Source: Escherichia phage EO1. From it: DNA of 64,000 bases. The notes beneath the pieces are model-generated. The model was not told the DNA's origin. It saw only the letters and a program-made list of their open reading frames with translations, and did not search any database. The stretch lies in the sequence record OQ223305.1; one strand, 5' to 3'. Position 1 is the stretch's first letter; each line of letters begins with the position of its first letter. The position numbers and the translations under genes are program-made. Shown one piece after another: positions 41,051 to 49,989 of the stretch.

Positions 41051-41581
41051 ATGTCGCAAGCACTACAACAAATTTTTAACCAAGCAAATACAACTAACTT
41101 TGTAGTATCAATACCGCATAGTAATACTACATCTGCTTTTACTTTAAATGCTCAGTCAGTTCCTATTCCGGGAATTAGGATACCTGTTACTGATACCGTG
41201 ACTGGGCCTTTTGGACTAGGCCGAGCACAGCGTCCAGGAGTTACATTTGAGTACGACCCACTCATCGTGAGATTTATAGTTGATGAAGAGCTTAAGTCAT
41301 GGATAGGAATGTATGAATGGATGCTAGGAACTAGTAACTATCTTACAGGCGAAAATACTGCCCAAAAAACAGGTCCTGAATACATTACGCTTTACATTTT
41401 AGATAATAGTAAAACTGAAATCGTGATGTCAATAAATTTTTATAAGCCCTGGGTTTCTGACCTGTCTGAAGTAGAATTTAGCTACACAGAAGATTCAGAC
41501 CCAGCCTTAGTATGCACAGCAACGATTCCTTATACGTATTTTCAAGTAGAAAAAGATGGAAAAATTATAGCAGAAGTTTAA
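41051..41581 (+). CDS. 3: Tail completion / sheath stabilizer gp3
   Basis: ORF 40970-41581 trimmed to Met giving 176 aa (T4 gp3 length). Confidence 0.75.
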   Translation: MSQALQQIFNQANTTNFVVSIPHSNTTSAFTLNAQSVPIPGIRIPVTDTVTGPFGLGRAQRPGVTFEYDPLIVRFIVDEELKSWIGMYEWMLGTSNYLTGENTAQKTGPEYITLYILDNSKTEIVMSINFYKPWVSDLSEVEFSYTEDSDPALVCTATIPYTYFQVEKDGKIIAEV

Positions 41582-41630
41582 TGTTTCAGTTTCATGTGTT
41601 ATAATCTTAACTAAATTTGAGGAGAAACAT

Positions 41631-42355
41631 ATGAAACTAATCTTTTTAAGTGGTGTAAAGCGTAGTGGAAAAGATACTACTGCAGATTTTATTATGAATA
41701 ATTATTCTGCAGTTAAATACCAACTTGCTGGTCCTATTAAGGATGCATTAGCTTATGCATGGGGAGTATTTGCAGCAAACACTGACTATCCTTGCTTAAC
41801 TCGTAAAGAGTTTGAAGGAATTGACTATGATCGTGAGACTAATTTAAATCTGACTAAATTAGAAGTAATCACGATTATGGAACAAGCATTTTGCTATCTT
41901 AATGGTAAAAGCCCAATTAAGGGTGTGTTTGTTTTTGATGACGAAGGACAAGAATCAGTTAATTCCGTAGCATTTAACAAGATTATTGACGTTATAAATA
42001 ATATTGAAGATCAATGGTCAGTCCGTCGTCTGATGCAAGCCCTAGGTACGGATTTGATTGTTAATAACTTCGACCGCATGTACTGGGTAAAATTATTTGC
42101 TTTAGATTATCTTGATAAATTTAACTCAGGTTATGATTATTATATCGTTCCTGATACTCGTCAAGATCATGAAATGGATGCGGCTAGGGCGATGGGTGCT
42201 ACAGTAATTCATGTAGTTCGTCCTGGTCAAAAATCCAATGATACACACATTACAGAAGCTGGATTGCCAATTCGTGATGGTGATTTAGTAATTACAAACG
42301 ATGGTTCTCTTGAAGAACTTTTTTCTAAAATTAAAAATACACTAAAGGTACTATA

Positions 42356-42356
<1 letters not shown>
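41631..42356 (+). CDS. 1: Deoxynucleoside monophosphate kinase gp1
   Basis: 241 aa; P-loop GVKRSGKDT; synteny. Confidence 0.85.
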
Positions 42357-43053
<697 letters not shown>

Positions 43054-43065
43054 TTTCACAAAGTT

Positions 43066-43095
43066 GTTTACATGCTGATGAGGTAGTGATACTAT
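43066..43095 (+). promoter_or_regulatory. T4-type early promoter (GTTTAC-N18-TACTAT) with stem-loop
   Basis: aagttGTTTACa...tgaTACTAT; flanking stem tgatgag/ctcatca. Confidence 0.55.
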
Positions 43096-43125
43096 TATCT
43101 CATCAAAATTAATTGGGAAAATAAA

Positions 43126-43383
43126 ATGAAAACTTTCAAAGAGTTTGCTACAAAAACTACTATCACTGAATCTTCTCACGGTATGGAAGTAAAGCTTGGA
43201 ATGGCTTTAGCTGAAGCTGAGCGTCTTTTCTCTCGTATTAAAGAACTTGCTGCTGCAGTCGATCCTTCATCTTTTAAAGGAGACCAAACTAAAGTTAAAG
43301 CACTTTTAGCGTTATGCTCCGATGCAGGAGAAATTGCTAAAAATGGTTCTAAGATGAAGAAACGATTAGAAGATTTAAAATAA
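43126..43383 (+). CDS. Internal protein (IPI-like) with capsid targeting sequence
   Basis: 85 aa; N-terminus MKTFKEFATKTTITE resembles T4 CTS MKTYQEFIAE with an I-x-E gp21 cleavage motif; position of T4 ipI. Confidence 0.65.
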   Translation: MKTFKEFATKTTITESSHGMEVKLGMALAEAERLFSRIKELAAAVDPSSFKGDQTKVKALLALCSDAGEIAKNGSKMKKRLEDLK

Positions 43384-43395
43384 TTTCACAAAGTT

Positions 43396-43425
43396 GTTTA
43401 CATAGGGTTTTAGTTGTGATACTAT
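43396..43425 (+). promoter_or_regulatory. T4-type early promoter (GTTTAC-N18-TACTAT) with stem-loop
   Basis: Near-identical copy of the 43066 element; stem atagggt/accctat. Confidence 0.55.
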
Positions 43426-43453
43426 TACCCTATCAACTACTGAGGAGAATAAA

Positions 43454-43639
43454 ATGAAACGCTGTGAATTAATTCGAAATGTTGCTATTGCAATTTCTGC
43501 TTCTGCTTTTAGTTTTTCAATGTTTGTTGGATTTATATGCGGATTATTGACTACAGCAGAAAATGTTTTTTCACTTGTAGTAGCATTTTTAATTGGTTTA
43601 ATTGCTATCGTTATGGATAAAATTTCTAAAGGTGAATAG
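43454..43639 (+). CDS. Small membrane protein (2 predicted TM helices)
   Basis: 61 aa hydrophobic ORF with RBS gaggagaataaaatg. Confidence 0.5.
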   Translation: MKRCELIRNVAIAISASAFSFSMFVGFICGLLTTAENVFSLVVAFLIGLIAIVMDKISKGE

Positions 43640-43640
43640 A

Positions 43641-44021
43641 ATGTACAAAGTGTATGCGGATTATCAGGCTAATCCATCTGAAAAACCAGGTTGTCAAATT
43701 GGATGGGCTCATGATACTTTGCTTGAAGCAGTAGATGCTGCTCAAAAATTGGGATATAAATATGTAGAGATTGTTCAACCGTCAGGAAAAGTTATTACTC
43801 TTGAAGAGTTCAATAACATTAAACCAAACTTTTTACTTTTTGCAGGTGATAATTATTATCCTCGTGGTGGATATGCTGATTTAATAGCGAAAGCCGCTAC
43901 CGAAGATGAACTCCGTGACATTATCAAAGAAAATGAAAACAAACCAGATTATGGTTCTAATCGCTTTGATTGGTGGCAAATTGTAAATGCCAATACTCAC
44001 ACTATTGTTGATGAAGGCTGA
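43641..44021 (+). CDS. Hypothetical protein
   Basis: ORF 43602-44021 trimmed to Met after upstream stop (MYKVYADYQ...), 126 aa. Confidence 0.55.
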   Translation: MYKVYADYQANPSEKPGCQIGWAHDTLLEAVDAAQKLGYKYVEIVQPSGKVITLEEFNNIKPNFLLFAGDNYYPRGGYADLIAKAATEDELRDIIKENENKPDYGSNRFDWWQIVNANTHTIVDEG

Positions 44022-44023
44022 TA

Positions 44024-44311
44024 ATGATTCTTTATGCTAAAGTATCATCCATTGAAAATGGATATAAATACGATCAAGACGCGGCTAAAGCTTTGATTGA
44101 TGATTATGGTATTTTAACATATTTTGAAGTTGAAAAGGTTTACATTGACCGTTCATCTTCACAAGTTAAATTAGTAAAGGAAGACCGTAAATTTAATACA
44201 GTAAATTTTGATTTCTTCATTAAAACAGAAAAAGGTCCTCTTGAATATGATATTTTCAAGAATCCTTTGAGTCTTGAATGCATCGTAAATATGTATTATC
44301 ATAAATGGTAA
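44024..44311 (+). CDS. Hypothetical protein
   Basis: 95 aa ORF. Confidence 0.5.
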   Translation: MILYAKVSSIENGYKYDQDAAKALIDDYGILTYFEVEKVYIDRSSSQVKLVKEDRKFNTVNFDFFIKTEKGPLEYDIFKNPLSLECIVNMYYHKW

Positions 44312-44408
44312 ATATGCTTTAAGAATTATTTGTTATTATTAACTCATATCGCACTGATTAATACCCTCTATCATCAAGGGTTCTTGCTTAAGAGCCTTTG
44401 TTAATAAT

Positions 44409-44481
44409 TGGGAATTAGCCAAGTTGGTAAGGCACTGGATTTTGATTCCAGGATGCAAAGGTTCGAGTCCTTTATTCCCAG
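44409..44481 (+). tRNA. tRNA-Gln (anticodon TTG)
   Basis: Cloverleaf: acceptor tgggaat/attccca, anticodon loop tTTTGAt, T-arm GGTTCGAGTCC. Confidence 0.85.
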
Positions 44482-44482
44482 C

Positions 44483-44569
44483 GCGAGAATGGTCAAATTG
44501 GTAAAGGCACAGCACTTAAAATGCTGCGGAATGATTTCCTTGTGGGTTCGAGTCCCACTTCTCGCACCA
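44483..44569 (+). tRNA. tRNA-Leu (anticodon TAA), type II with CCA encoded
   Basis: acceptor gcgagaa/ttctcgc, loop cTTAAAa, long variable arm, GGTTCGAGTCC. Confidence 0.85.
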
Positions 44570-44574
44570 AATTT

Positions 44575-44648
<74 letters not shown>

Positions 44649-44694
44649 ATTTATGACTCGTCGTGAGACGCTCAGTTCTTTATTAGGGACTGAT

Positions 44695-45303
44695 ATGCAT
44701 TTTTATCTTTATAAAATAACAAATAAAATTAATAATAAAGTTTATATTGGTGTGCATTCTACCGAAAATTTAGATGATGGATATATGGGTTCTGGCAAAT
44801 TATTAAAAAGAGCCCAAGACAAGTATGGTATAGAAAATTTCTCTAAAGAAATATTAGAGTATTTTGATGATAAAGAATCTATGCTTGAAGCCGAGAAAAA
44901 TATTGTCACAGAAGAGTTTTTAAATAGACCAGACGTGTATAATTTAAAACTTGGCGGTGAAGGTGGATGGGACCATATAAATAATTATCCTATGACAGAT
45001 CAGCAACGTGAATTAATTTCATTGGGTGTTAAAAAGGCGCATTCTAACGGAAAATTAAAAGGATGGTCTTCAAATGGATTAATGAAGAATGGCTTTGCTG
45101 GTAAAACTCATTCTCAAGAAGCTAAACGTAAAATAGCAAAAGCAAACGAAGCAAAAGTTTCTGCGGATGAAAGAAAAAGAAGAATAGAAATTTCTAAATT
45201 ATATGATTTTTCTAAGCGTGGTGAATTATCTAAATATGCTAAGCATATTGGCGTAAGTCATACTCAAGCAAAAAGAATTCTAAATCAAATTAACAATATA
45301 TAA
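44695..45303 (+). mobile_element. segB: GIY-YIG homing endonuclease SegB inserted in the tRNA cluster
   Basis: ORF 44653-45303; GIY-YIG motif YLYKITNKINNKVYIGVHS...GYMGSG; start likely the second Met (MHFYLYK). Confidence 0.75.
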
Positions 45304-45308
45304 TATTT

Positions 45309-45398
45309 GGAGGCGTGGCAGAGTGGTTTAATGCACCGGTCTTGAAAACCGGCAGTCGCTCCGGCGACTCATAGGTTCAAATCCTATCGCCTCCGCCA
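45309..45398 (+). tRNA. tRNA-Ser (anticodon TGA), type II
   Basis: acceptor ggaggcg/cgcctcc, loop cTTGAAa, long variable arm, GGTTCAAATCC. Confidence 0.85.
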
Positions 45399-45403
45399 GT
45401 TTT

Positions 45404-45479
45404 GCTGATTTAGCTCAGTAGGTAGAGCAACTCACTTGTAATGAGAATGTCGGCGGTTCGATTCCGTCAATCAGCACCA
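45404..45479 (+). tRNA. tRNA-Thr (anticodon TGT)
   Basis: acceptor gctgatt/aatcagc, loop cTTGTAa, GGTTCGATTCC. Confidence 0.85.
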
Positions 45480-45480
45480 A

Positions 45481-45555
45481 GGCCCTGTAGCTGGAAGGTT
45501 CAAGCAAGCGACTCATAATCGCCAGATGGTGGTTCAATTCCACCCAGGGCCACCA
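45481..45555 (+). tRNA. tRNA with CAT anticodon (Ile2/lysidine-type or Met)
   Basis: acceptor ggccctg/cagggcc, loop cTCATAa, T-arm GGTTCAATTCC; the T4 counterpart is the AUA-reading tRNA-Ile. Confidence 0.75.
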
Positions 45556-45568
45556 AATTAAGAATTAA

Positions 45569-45655
45569 GGGGAGTTATCCCGTAGAGGTAGCGGTGTGGA
45601 CTGTAAATCCATTGTCATTGCGACTCGGGTGGTTCGACTCCATCACTCCCCACCA
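45569..45655 (+). tRNA. tRNA-Tyr (anticodon GTA), type II
   Basis: acceptor ggggagt/actcccc, loop cTGTAAa, long variable arm, GGTTCGACTCC. Confidence 0.75.
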
Positions 45656-45659
45656 ATTT

Positions 45660-45734
45660 GGATGTGTAGCTCAATGGCAGAGCGATCGCCTGTTAAGCGA
45701 TTGGTTATAGGTTCGAATCCTATCACGTCCGCCA
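45660..45734 (+). tRNA. tRNA-Asn (anticodon GTT)
   Basis: acceptor ggatgtg/cacgtcc, loop cTGTTAa, GGTTCGAATCC. Confidence 0.8.
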
Positions 45735-45848
45735 AATTTGTGACAACTGTCACATTAATATCTACTTGACGCGATTATAGGGGTTGAACTGATCACTCTT
45801 CTCTTAATTTCGTGTGAAGACATCTTGATTGTTGGAGTAGGTATTAAT
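45735..45848 (+). other. AT-rich 114-nt spacer inside the tRNA array with a short hairpin (gtgac-aact-gtcac); possible small stable RNA or internal promoter
   Basis: No tRNA fold and no ORF; occupies the position where T4 carries small stable RNAs within its tRNA cluster. Confidence 0.25.
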
Positions 45849-45924
45849 GTGGCCGTAGTTCAGTTGGTAGAACTCGAGATTGTGATTCTCGTAGTCATGG
45901 GTTCGACCCCCATCGGTCACCCCA
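45849..45924 (+). tRNA. tRNA-His (anticodon GTG)
   Basis: acceptor gtggccg/cggtcac, loop tTGTGAt, GGTTCGACCCC; no encoded G-1. Confidence 0.75.
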
Positions 45925-45928
45925 ATTA

Positions 45929-46004
45929 CGGGGCATAGCTCAGAAGGAAGAGCAAGGACCTTCTAAGTCCTAGGTCGTAGGTTCGATCCCTACTGCCTCG
46001 ACCA
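45929..46004 (+). tRNA. tRNA-Arg (anticodon TCT)
   Basis: acceptor cggggca/tgcctcg, loop cTTCTAa, GGTTCGATCCC. Confidence 0.85.
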
Positions 46005-46022
46005 ATTATAAGTGAGGAAAAT

Positions 46023-46373
46023 ATGAAAGGTAATGTTTATTTAGTAGTTCATGATTTAACATTTTACTTCAATGAATATGAAAAACATATCTCATTTCGT
46101 GAAATTAATTTACTTTATCAACACGCGGATTATATTTATATTCAAAACGAATTTGGTCATTGGCAATTTCTCAAAAATCGTTCATTTGGCTTAGATGGTT
46201 ACGAATACTTTGAACGTAAAGACCTTTTAGATAAAATTCCGTTATCTACGCAATATCAAAATCACAAATCTTTATATAAATGCCGTCCAATTCGAAATGT
46301 TGAATCCGCGTATGAAGCAATTGATTTATGGCGTGAACGCCGTAAACAGATTTATGCTTTAAAAGAATATTAA
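46023..46373 (+). CDS. Hypothetical protein
   Basis: 116 aa ORF with RBS gaggaaaatATG directly after tRNA-Arg. Confidence 0.55.
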   Translation: MKGNVYLVVHDLTFYFNEYEKHISFREINLLYQHADYIYIQNEFGHWQFLKNRSFGLDGYEYFERKDLLDKIPLSTQYQNHKSLYKCRPIRNVESAYEAIDLWRERRKQIYALKEY

Positions 46374-46682
46374 GAAGCCGGGTCGCTACCGGTAAGTCGT
46401 CGGACTGATGTTCCCTGAGTAAGGAATTGCGTTAATAATCTTTGCGTTTATTGATGCCCTCTTACATCACAGCAGAAACGGCGCACCGAATTATCGATTC
46501 GAGGAAATATCTTTGCCGTAAGCCGAGTAGCGTTTTTGACGGAACGTTCGGATATGGTCGAGATATGGCCTTTTAAAAATATTGAGTAGCGTCAACTGCT
46601 TAATAACCGGGTTCGAATCCCGGCGTTTCGTACAAACACTTGCCTTAGCAGGTGGAACCCCGACAAGGTTGCCGCAAGGCTT
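46374..46682 (+). ncRNA. GC-rich ORF-free structured region; candidate stable RNA or degenerate tRNA-like element
   Basis: About 310 nt with no ORF of 60 aa or more on either strand, GC-rich against an AT-rich genome; contains tRNA T-arm-like ccgGGTTCGAATCCcgg and a repeated gagtagcgt motif. Confidence 0.3.
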
Positions 46683-46720
46683 AGCCCCGACCGAAAGGTT
46701 GGGGCTTTTTGGTATAAATA
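46683..46720 (+). terminator. Strong rho-independent terminator (46683-46711) followed directly by late promoter TATAAATA (46713-46720)
   Basis: agccccgacc-gaaa-ggttggggct plus ttttt; then gGTATAAATAtag. Confidence 0.65.
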
Positions 46721-46760
46721 TAGTAGTATATTAAATCCACGAATTAAAACAGGAAATAAG

Positions 46761-47234
46761 ATGAAATCATATACTCAATTTTTAAATGAAGCGGTGTTAA
46801 ATGAAGCATCTAGCACCGAAATTCAAGCTGTCGCAAAAGCAGCCATTGCAGCGGGTAAATATTCTTATAAAGATGCTTCTGATGAATCGCGATTCCAGTT
46901 CGCACGCGACATGAAAGCGGAAGGATTTACGGGAAATGCAGTTAGTATGGCCTGGAAAAGTTTAGTTGCTACTGGCGCTGCTTTTGCAAAGGCTTCGGGT
47001 AAACCTGCTCCTAAAGCAGATCCTAAAGCTGCACAAGAAAAAAATATTGTTAAAGGAATTATCGCTAAATATGAAGCTATCCTTAAAGAGCTTTTAGTAA
47101 TCAAAACCGAAGGCCAAAAGCTAGCTCGTGCTTATAGTTTCAAAGATAACCCACATGCTCATGACCTAGAGTATGTTGAAGATCTCCAAAAAATCATCAA
47201 AGACCGCATTTGGTCTGCTAAACAAATCAAATAA
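46761..47234 (+). CDS. Internal-protein-like protein with capsid targeting sequence
   Basis: 157 aa; N-terminus MKSYTQFLNEAVLNE resembles the T4 CTS (L-x-E cleavage motif); Ala/Lys-rich. Confidence 0.55.
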   Translation: MKSYTQFLNEAVLNEASSTEIQAVAKAAIAAGKYSYKDASDESRFQFARDMKAEGFTGNAVSMAWKSLVATGAAFAKASGKPAPKADPKAAQEKNIVKGIIAKYEAILKELLVIKTEGQKLARAYSFKDNPHAHDLEYVEDLQKIIKDRIWSAKQIK

Positions 47235-47251
47235 CATTCTTAGCCCTAGCC

Positions 47252-47280
47252 GAAAGGTTGGGGCTTTTTGGTATCTAGGC
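47252..47280 (+). terminator. Rho-independent terminator, near-duplicate of the 46683 terminator
   Basis: agccctagc-cgaaa-ggttggggct plus ttttt. Confidence 0.65.
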
Positions 47281-47401
47281 CTTTCCAGGCCTCTCTAGAC
47301 ATCATTTAGTTTCTACCCTTTATAATATATTATCCTATCCTTTGATTTCCCCTCCCTGCCCTAGAATTCCCCAAAACTTTTTAAAAATTTTTCACAAAAC
47401 T

Positions 47402-47431
47402 GTTTACACCCTTGTCATTCCATGGTACTAT
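47402..47431 (+). promoter_or_regulatory. T4-type early promoter (GTTTAC-N18-TACTAT) plus conserved leader ACAACTATCAACTAC
   Basis: ctGTTTACa...catggTACTATacaactatcaactact. Confidence 0.55.
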
Positions 47432-47474
47432 ACAACTATCAACTACTGATACAGAAAACAACTTGGAGAATGAA

Positions 47475-47738
47475 ATGGATAATTATGGTGAACTGTTCAA
47501 CTTCTTTATGAAATGTGTTTCAGAAGATTTTGGTCGTACAGTGAATGATATTAAAGTTATCGGTCCTGACCATCCGATGTTTGAAACTTACGCAGTAATG
47601 GGTAATGAAGATGGTCAGTGGTATACTGTAAAGGTTGTGATTAACATGTTCACAGCAGAAGGTTATGTTAAACTGTCTTCTAAAGTTTACCATGATAACG
47701 ACGAAATCGCAGAAGAATATTTCAATAATATGAAATAA
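47475..47738 (+). CDS. Hypothetical acidic protein
   Basis: ORF 47412-47738 trimmed to Met after RBS ggagaatgaa (the N-terminal extension is translated promoter and leader); 87 aa. Confidence 0.55.
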   Translation: MDNYGELFNFFMKCVSEDFGRTVNDIKVIGPDHPMFETYAVMGNEDGQWYTVKVVINMFTAEGYVKLSSKVYHDNDEIAEEYFNNMK

Positions 47739-47806
47739 TTGTGTACAAACACCAAGGATGGTGTTATTATAGACTTATCAAAACAAATACAGAAACGGAG
47801 AAATAA

Positions 47807-47983
47807 ATGACTACTTTAATTATTTGGTTCGACGAGAATGAAGAAACATACTGCGTGAATATTGGTGAAAGCCCAATGCCAGAGTTTGAATCTTCAGATA
47901 AAAATTCGGTTGTATCCTGGGCTGAAGGTTATAAAGCAGCAAAAGGCGATGTCGAAATAGTTTATAAACTCTTTGGAGTATAA
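47807..47983 (+). CDS. Hypothetical small protein
   Basis: 58 aa ORF with RBS acggagaaataaATG. Confidence 0.4.
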   Translation: MTTLIIWFDENEETYCVNIGESPMPEFESSDKNSVVSWAEGYKAAKGDVEIVYKLFGV

Positions 47984-48028
47984 TACTCCCACGGATTATA
48001 AAACCCTTAATTAACTAAAGGAAATGCT

Positions 48029-48622
48029 ATGAACATGCTGAAGAAAATTGTTGAGTTTATTCGCACTAAACTTGGTTCTGCTATGGCTAAAAATCTATCT
48101 GTTGAAGAGCAGTATACTGCCGCAGCAGCAAAATTGCTTGATAAAATTAAAGATCTAAAAACTGCTTCTGTTAAATCTATTAATGAAGAAAAGCGTATTC
48201 GTGAACTTATTGTCGAAAAGAATAAGCAGGCCGAATCAAAAGAGCGTGAAATTCGCAAGCTCCTTTCGGAAGGTCAAGATGTAACAATGCATGCTAAACT
48301 TGGTTTACTATATCGTCGAACAGCTGAGCAGTTGACTACTAAAGCTGATGGTTATGCTGAAATGCGAATTGAAATCGCCAAGAAAGTAGTTGAGTTAGAT
48401 GATGCTCGCCAAGAACTTGCAGTTAAATTGGAATATATCCGTGAAACTCGCGCCGCGAATGCCCTTGGAATTAGTACTGCTGATGATGTAGTTGAAATTG
48501 CAGCACTGACTAAGGTTGATATTGAAGATACTCTTGCTCGAGTTGAAACCTTTAATGGTAATATTTCTGGGGTTGAAACTACCTCTGCCGATGTTCAGGA
48601 ATATATTAATTCTCTGAAATAA
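48029..48622 (+). CDS. Coiled-coil protein of unknown function
   Basis: 197 aa, long heptad-rich helical segments, E/K/R-rich. Confidence 0.55.
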   Translation: MNMLKKIVEFIRTKLGSAMAKNLSVEEQYTAAAAKLLDKIKDLKTASVKSINEEKRIRELIVEKNKQAESKEREIRKLLSEGQDVTMHAKLGLLYRRTAEQLTTKADGYAEMRIEIAKKVVELDDARQELAVKLEYIRETRAANALGISTADDVVEIAALTKVDIEDTLARVETFNGNISGVETTSADVQEYINSLK

Positions 48623-48627
48623 TGATA

Positions 48628-48650
48628 AGGGGCTTCGGCCCCTATTACTT
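48628..48650 (+). terminator. Terminator hairpin (aggggc-ttcg-gcccct), copy of the hoc terminator stem
   Basis: Identical stem-loop to 8118-8133. Confidence 0.5.
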
Positions 48651-48663
48651 GGAGTAAGTAGGA

Positions 48664-49272
48664 ATGAAAATGCAAAGTGATTTCAATTCAATGTTTGAAG
48701 AGTTCCAAAGACAGGTTGATGTTCCAGACCAATTATTAAATGCTCTTAAACGTATGGCAGAAGGACGTAATTATTATTGGGGTTCTTCATATGAAACTGT
48801 TGAAAGTCTTTCTGGAAGATTTTCTAGAGGTAAAAAGTCTTTAATACGTCCTGGAATACTTATTAACAGTATTGAATCAATTCATTTATTAACATGCGAT
48901 TTTGACGTTGAATTTACTGATTTTGTTTCTCCTGAATGGACGGTCTGTTATTTAAACGACGATTATGATTATCTTGGCGTTTATAGTTTAAGTGATGCAT
49001 GGTTTAAACGTAATTTACAAAAGTCAAATTTATTCTATATTGATACTACTGTAAAATTTCAGGGCAAGAAATATTTCTTTACTCTTATAGTTGACTCTGA
49101 AACAAAATATGAAAATAAACGTATTCTTAGTAAAAAGAATATCTTAACTACTGTCGATGATCTTTTTGATAAATTCGTAGAAAATCCCAATTTTGAAAGC
49201 GATTTATTATTAGAAAAATTTGTTAAGGAATGCAGAGAATATGTCAAAACCATCACTATACCTTCCAAGTAA
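48664..49272 (+). CDS. Hypothetical protein ending in a conserved FVKECR tail
   Basis: 202 aa ORF, RBS ggagtaagtaggaATG. Confidence 0.55.
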   Translation: MKMQSDFNSMFEEFQRQVDVPDQLLNALKRMAEGRNYYWGSSYETVESLSGRFSRGKKSLIRPGILINSIESIHLLTCDFDVEFTDFVSPEWTVCYLNDDYDYLGVYSLSDAWFKRNLQKSNLFYIDTTVKFQGKKYFFTLIVDSETKYENKRILSKKNILTTVDDLFDKFVENPNFESDLLLEKFVKECREYVKTITIPSK

Positions 49273-49633
49273 ACCGTTGAAGTATGAATTAAAGCGTCAG
49301 ATAATTTCTACTGATGTGTTAATAGGTCCTGTGGTAGCTGTATCATTTGTGATTCTGCTGATTGCTGGAATGGTTATAGACGTTATGACTGATATTGGAT
49401 CTAATACAATATTTGCGTCAACGCTAATTCTTCCATTGGTAGTTCCGCTTTTATTAGTACCTATAAATTGGATAGGATATTGGTATCAAGGAAGACACTA
49501 TCGTAAACGTGTACGTGATTGGAAAGCCCAGTGCAAAAAGATTAAAAAAGAACATCAGCTTAAACTTGCTGCGTATGAATTTGATGAAATTATGAAATTT
49601 GTTAAGGAATCACGATGCAAAAGCCAAAACTAA
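49241..49633 (+). CDS. Small 2-TM membrane protein (paralog family); start uncertain (49220 or 49241)
   Basis: Two hydrophobic helices; C-terminal FVKESRCK tail; overlaps upstream gene. Confidence 0.5.
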   Translation: MSKPSLYLPSKPLKYELKRQIISTDVLIGPVVAVSFVILLIAGMVIDVMTDIGSNTIFASTLILPLVVPLLLVPINWIGYWYQGRHYRKRVRDWKAQCKKIKKEHQLKLAAYEFDEIMKFVKESRCKSQN

Positions 49634-49989
49634 ATAAAGTCAAATATTCTCTTCCTGAGTCATTTTTAATTTTTGCTGTAGCGTTGGCTACAGCTCTTGC
49701 GGGTAGTCTTTTTGGATTGTTAATTGACTGTCTTATTTTAAACATCCGTAGTAACGTCAGCGGTATAATAGATATAATAGAAGTTTGGAGTGAACTTCAT
49801 TATACTATAGCGATTTCATTATTTTCATTCTTTGGTACAATGTTATATTTTCATTATGATAATTTTAAAATAAATTGGCAAAGAAAAAAGGATTACAAAA
49901 TACAATTAAAGGAATATAATAGCTACATGTCTTATATTGAAAAAGAATCAATGGAAGAGTTTGTGAGTGATTGTAGGAAAATTAAATGA
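49615..49989 (+). CDS. Small 2-TM membrane protein (paralog family)
   Basis: 124 aa; two hydrophobic helices; C-terminal FVSDCRKIK. Confidence 0.55.
   Translation: MQKPKLNKVKYSLPESFLIFAVALATALAGSLFGLLIDCLILNIRSNVSGIIDIIEVWSELHYTIAISLFSFFGTMLYFHYDNFKINWQRKKDYKIQLKEYNSYMSYIEKESMEEFVSDCRKIK

Noticed and set aside
47412-47474. N-terminal extensions in the ORF track (47412, 62445, 58756, 40970, 14813-16399)
   Set aside because: The extensions translate the conserved promoter or leader (for example GTIQLST from ggtactatacaactatc) or precede a better RBS-ATG. Starts were trimmed instead.
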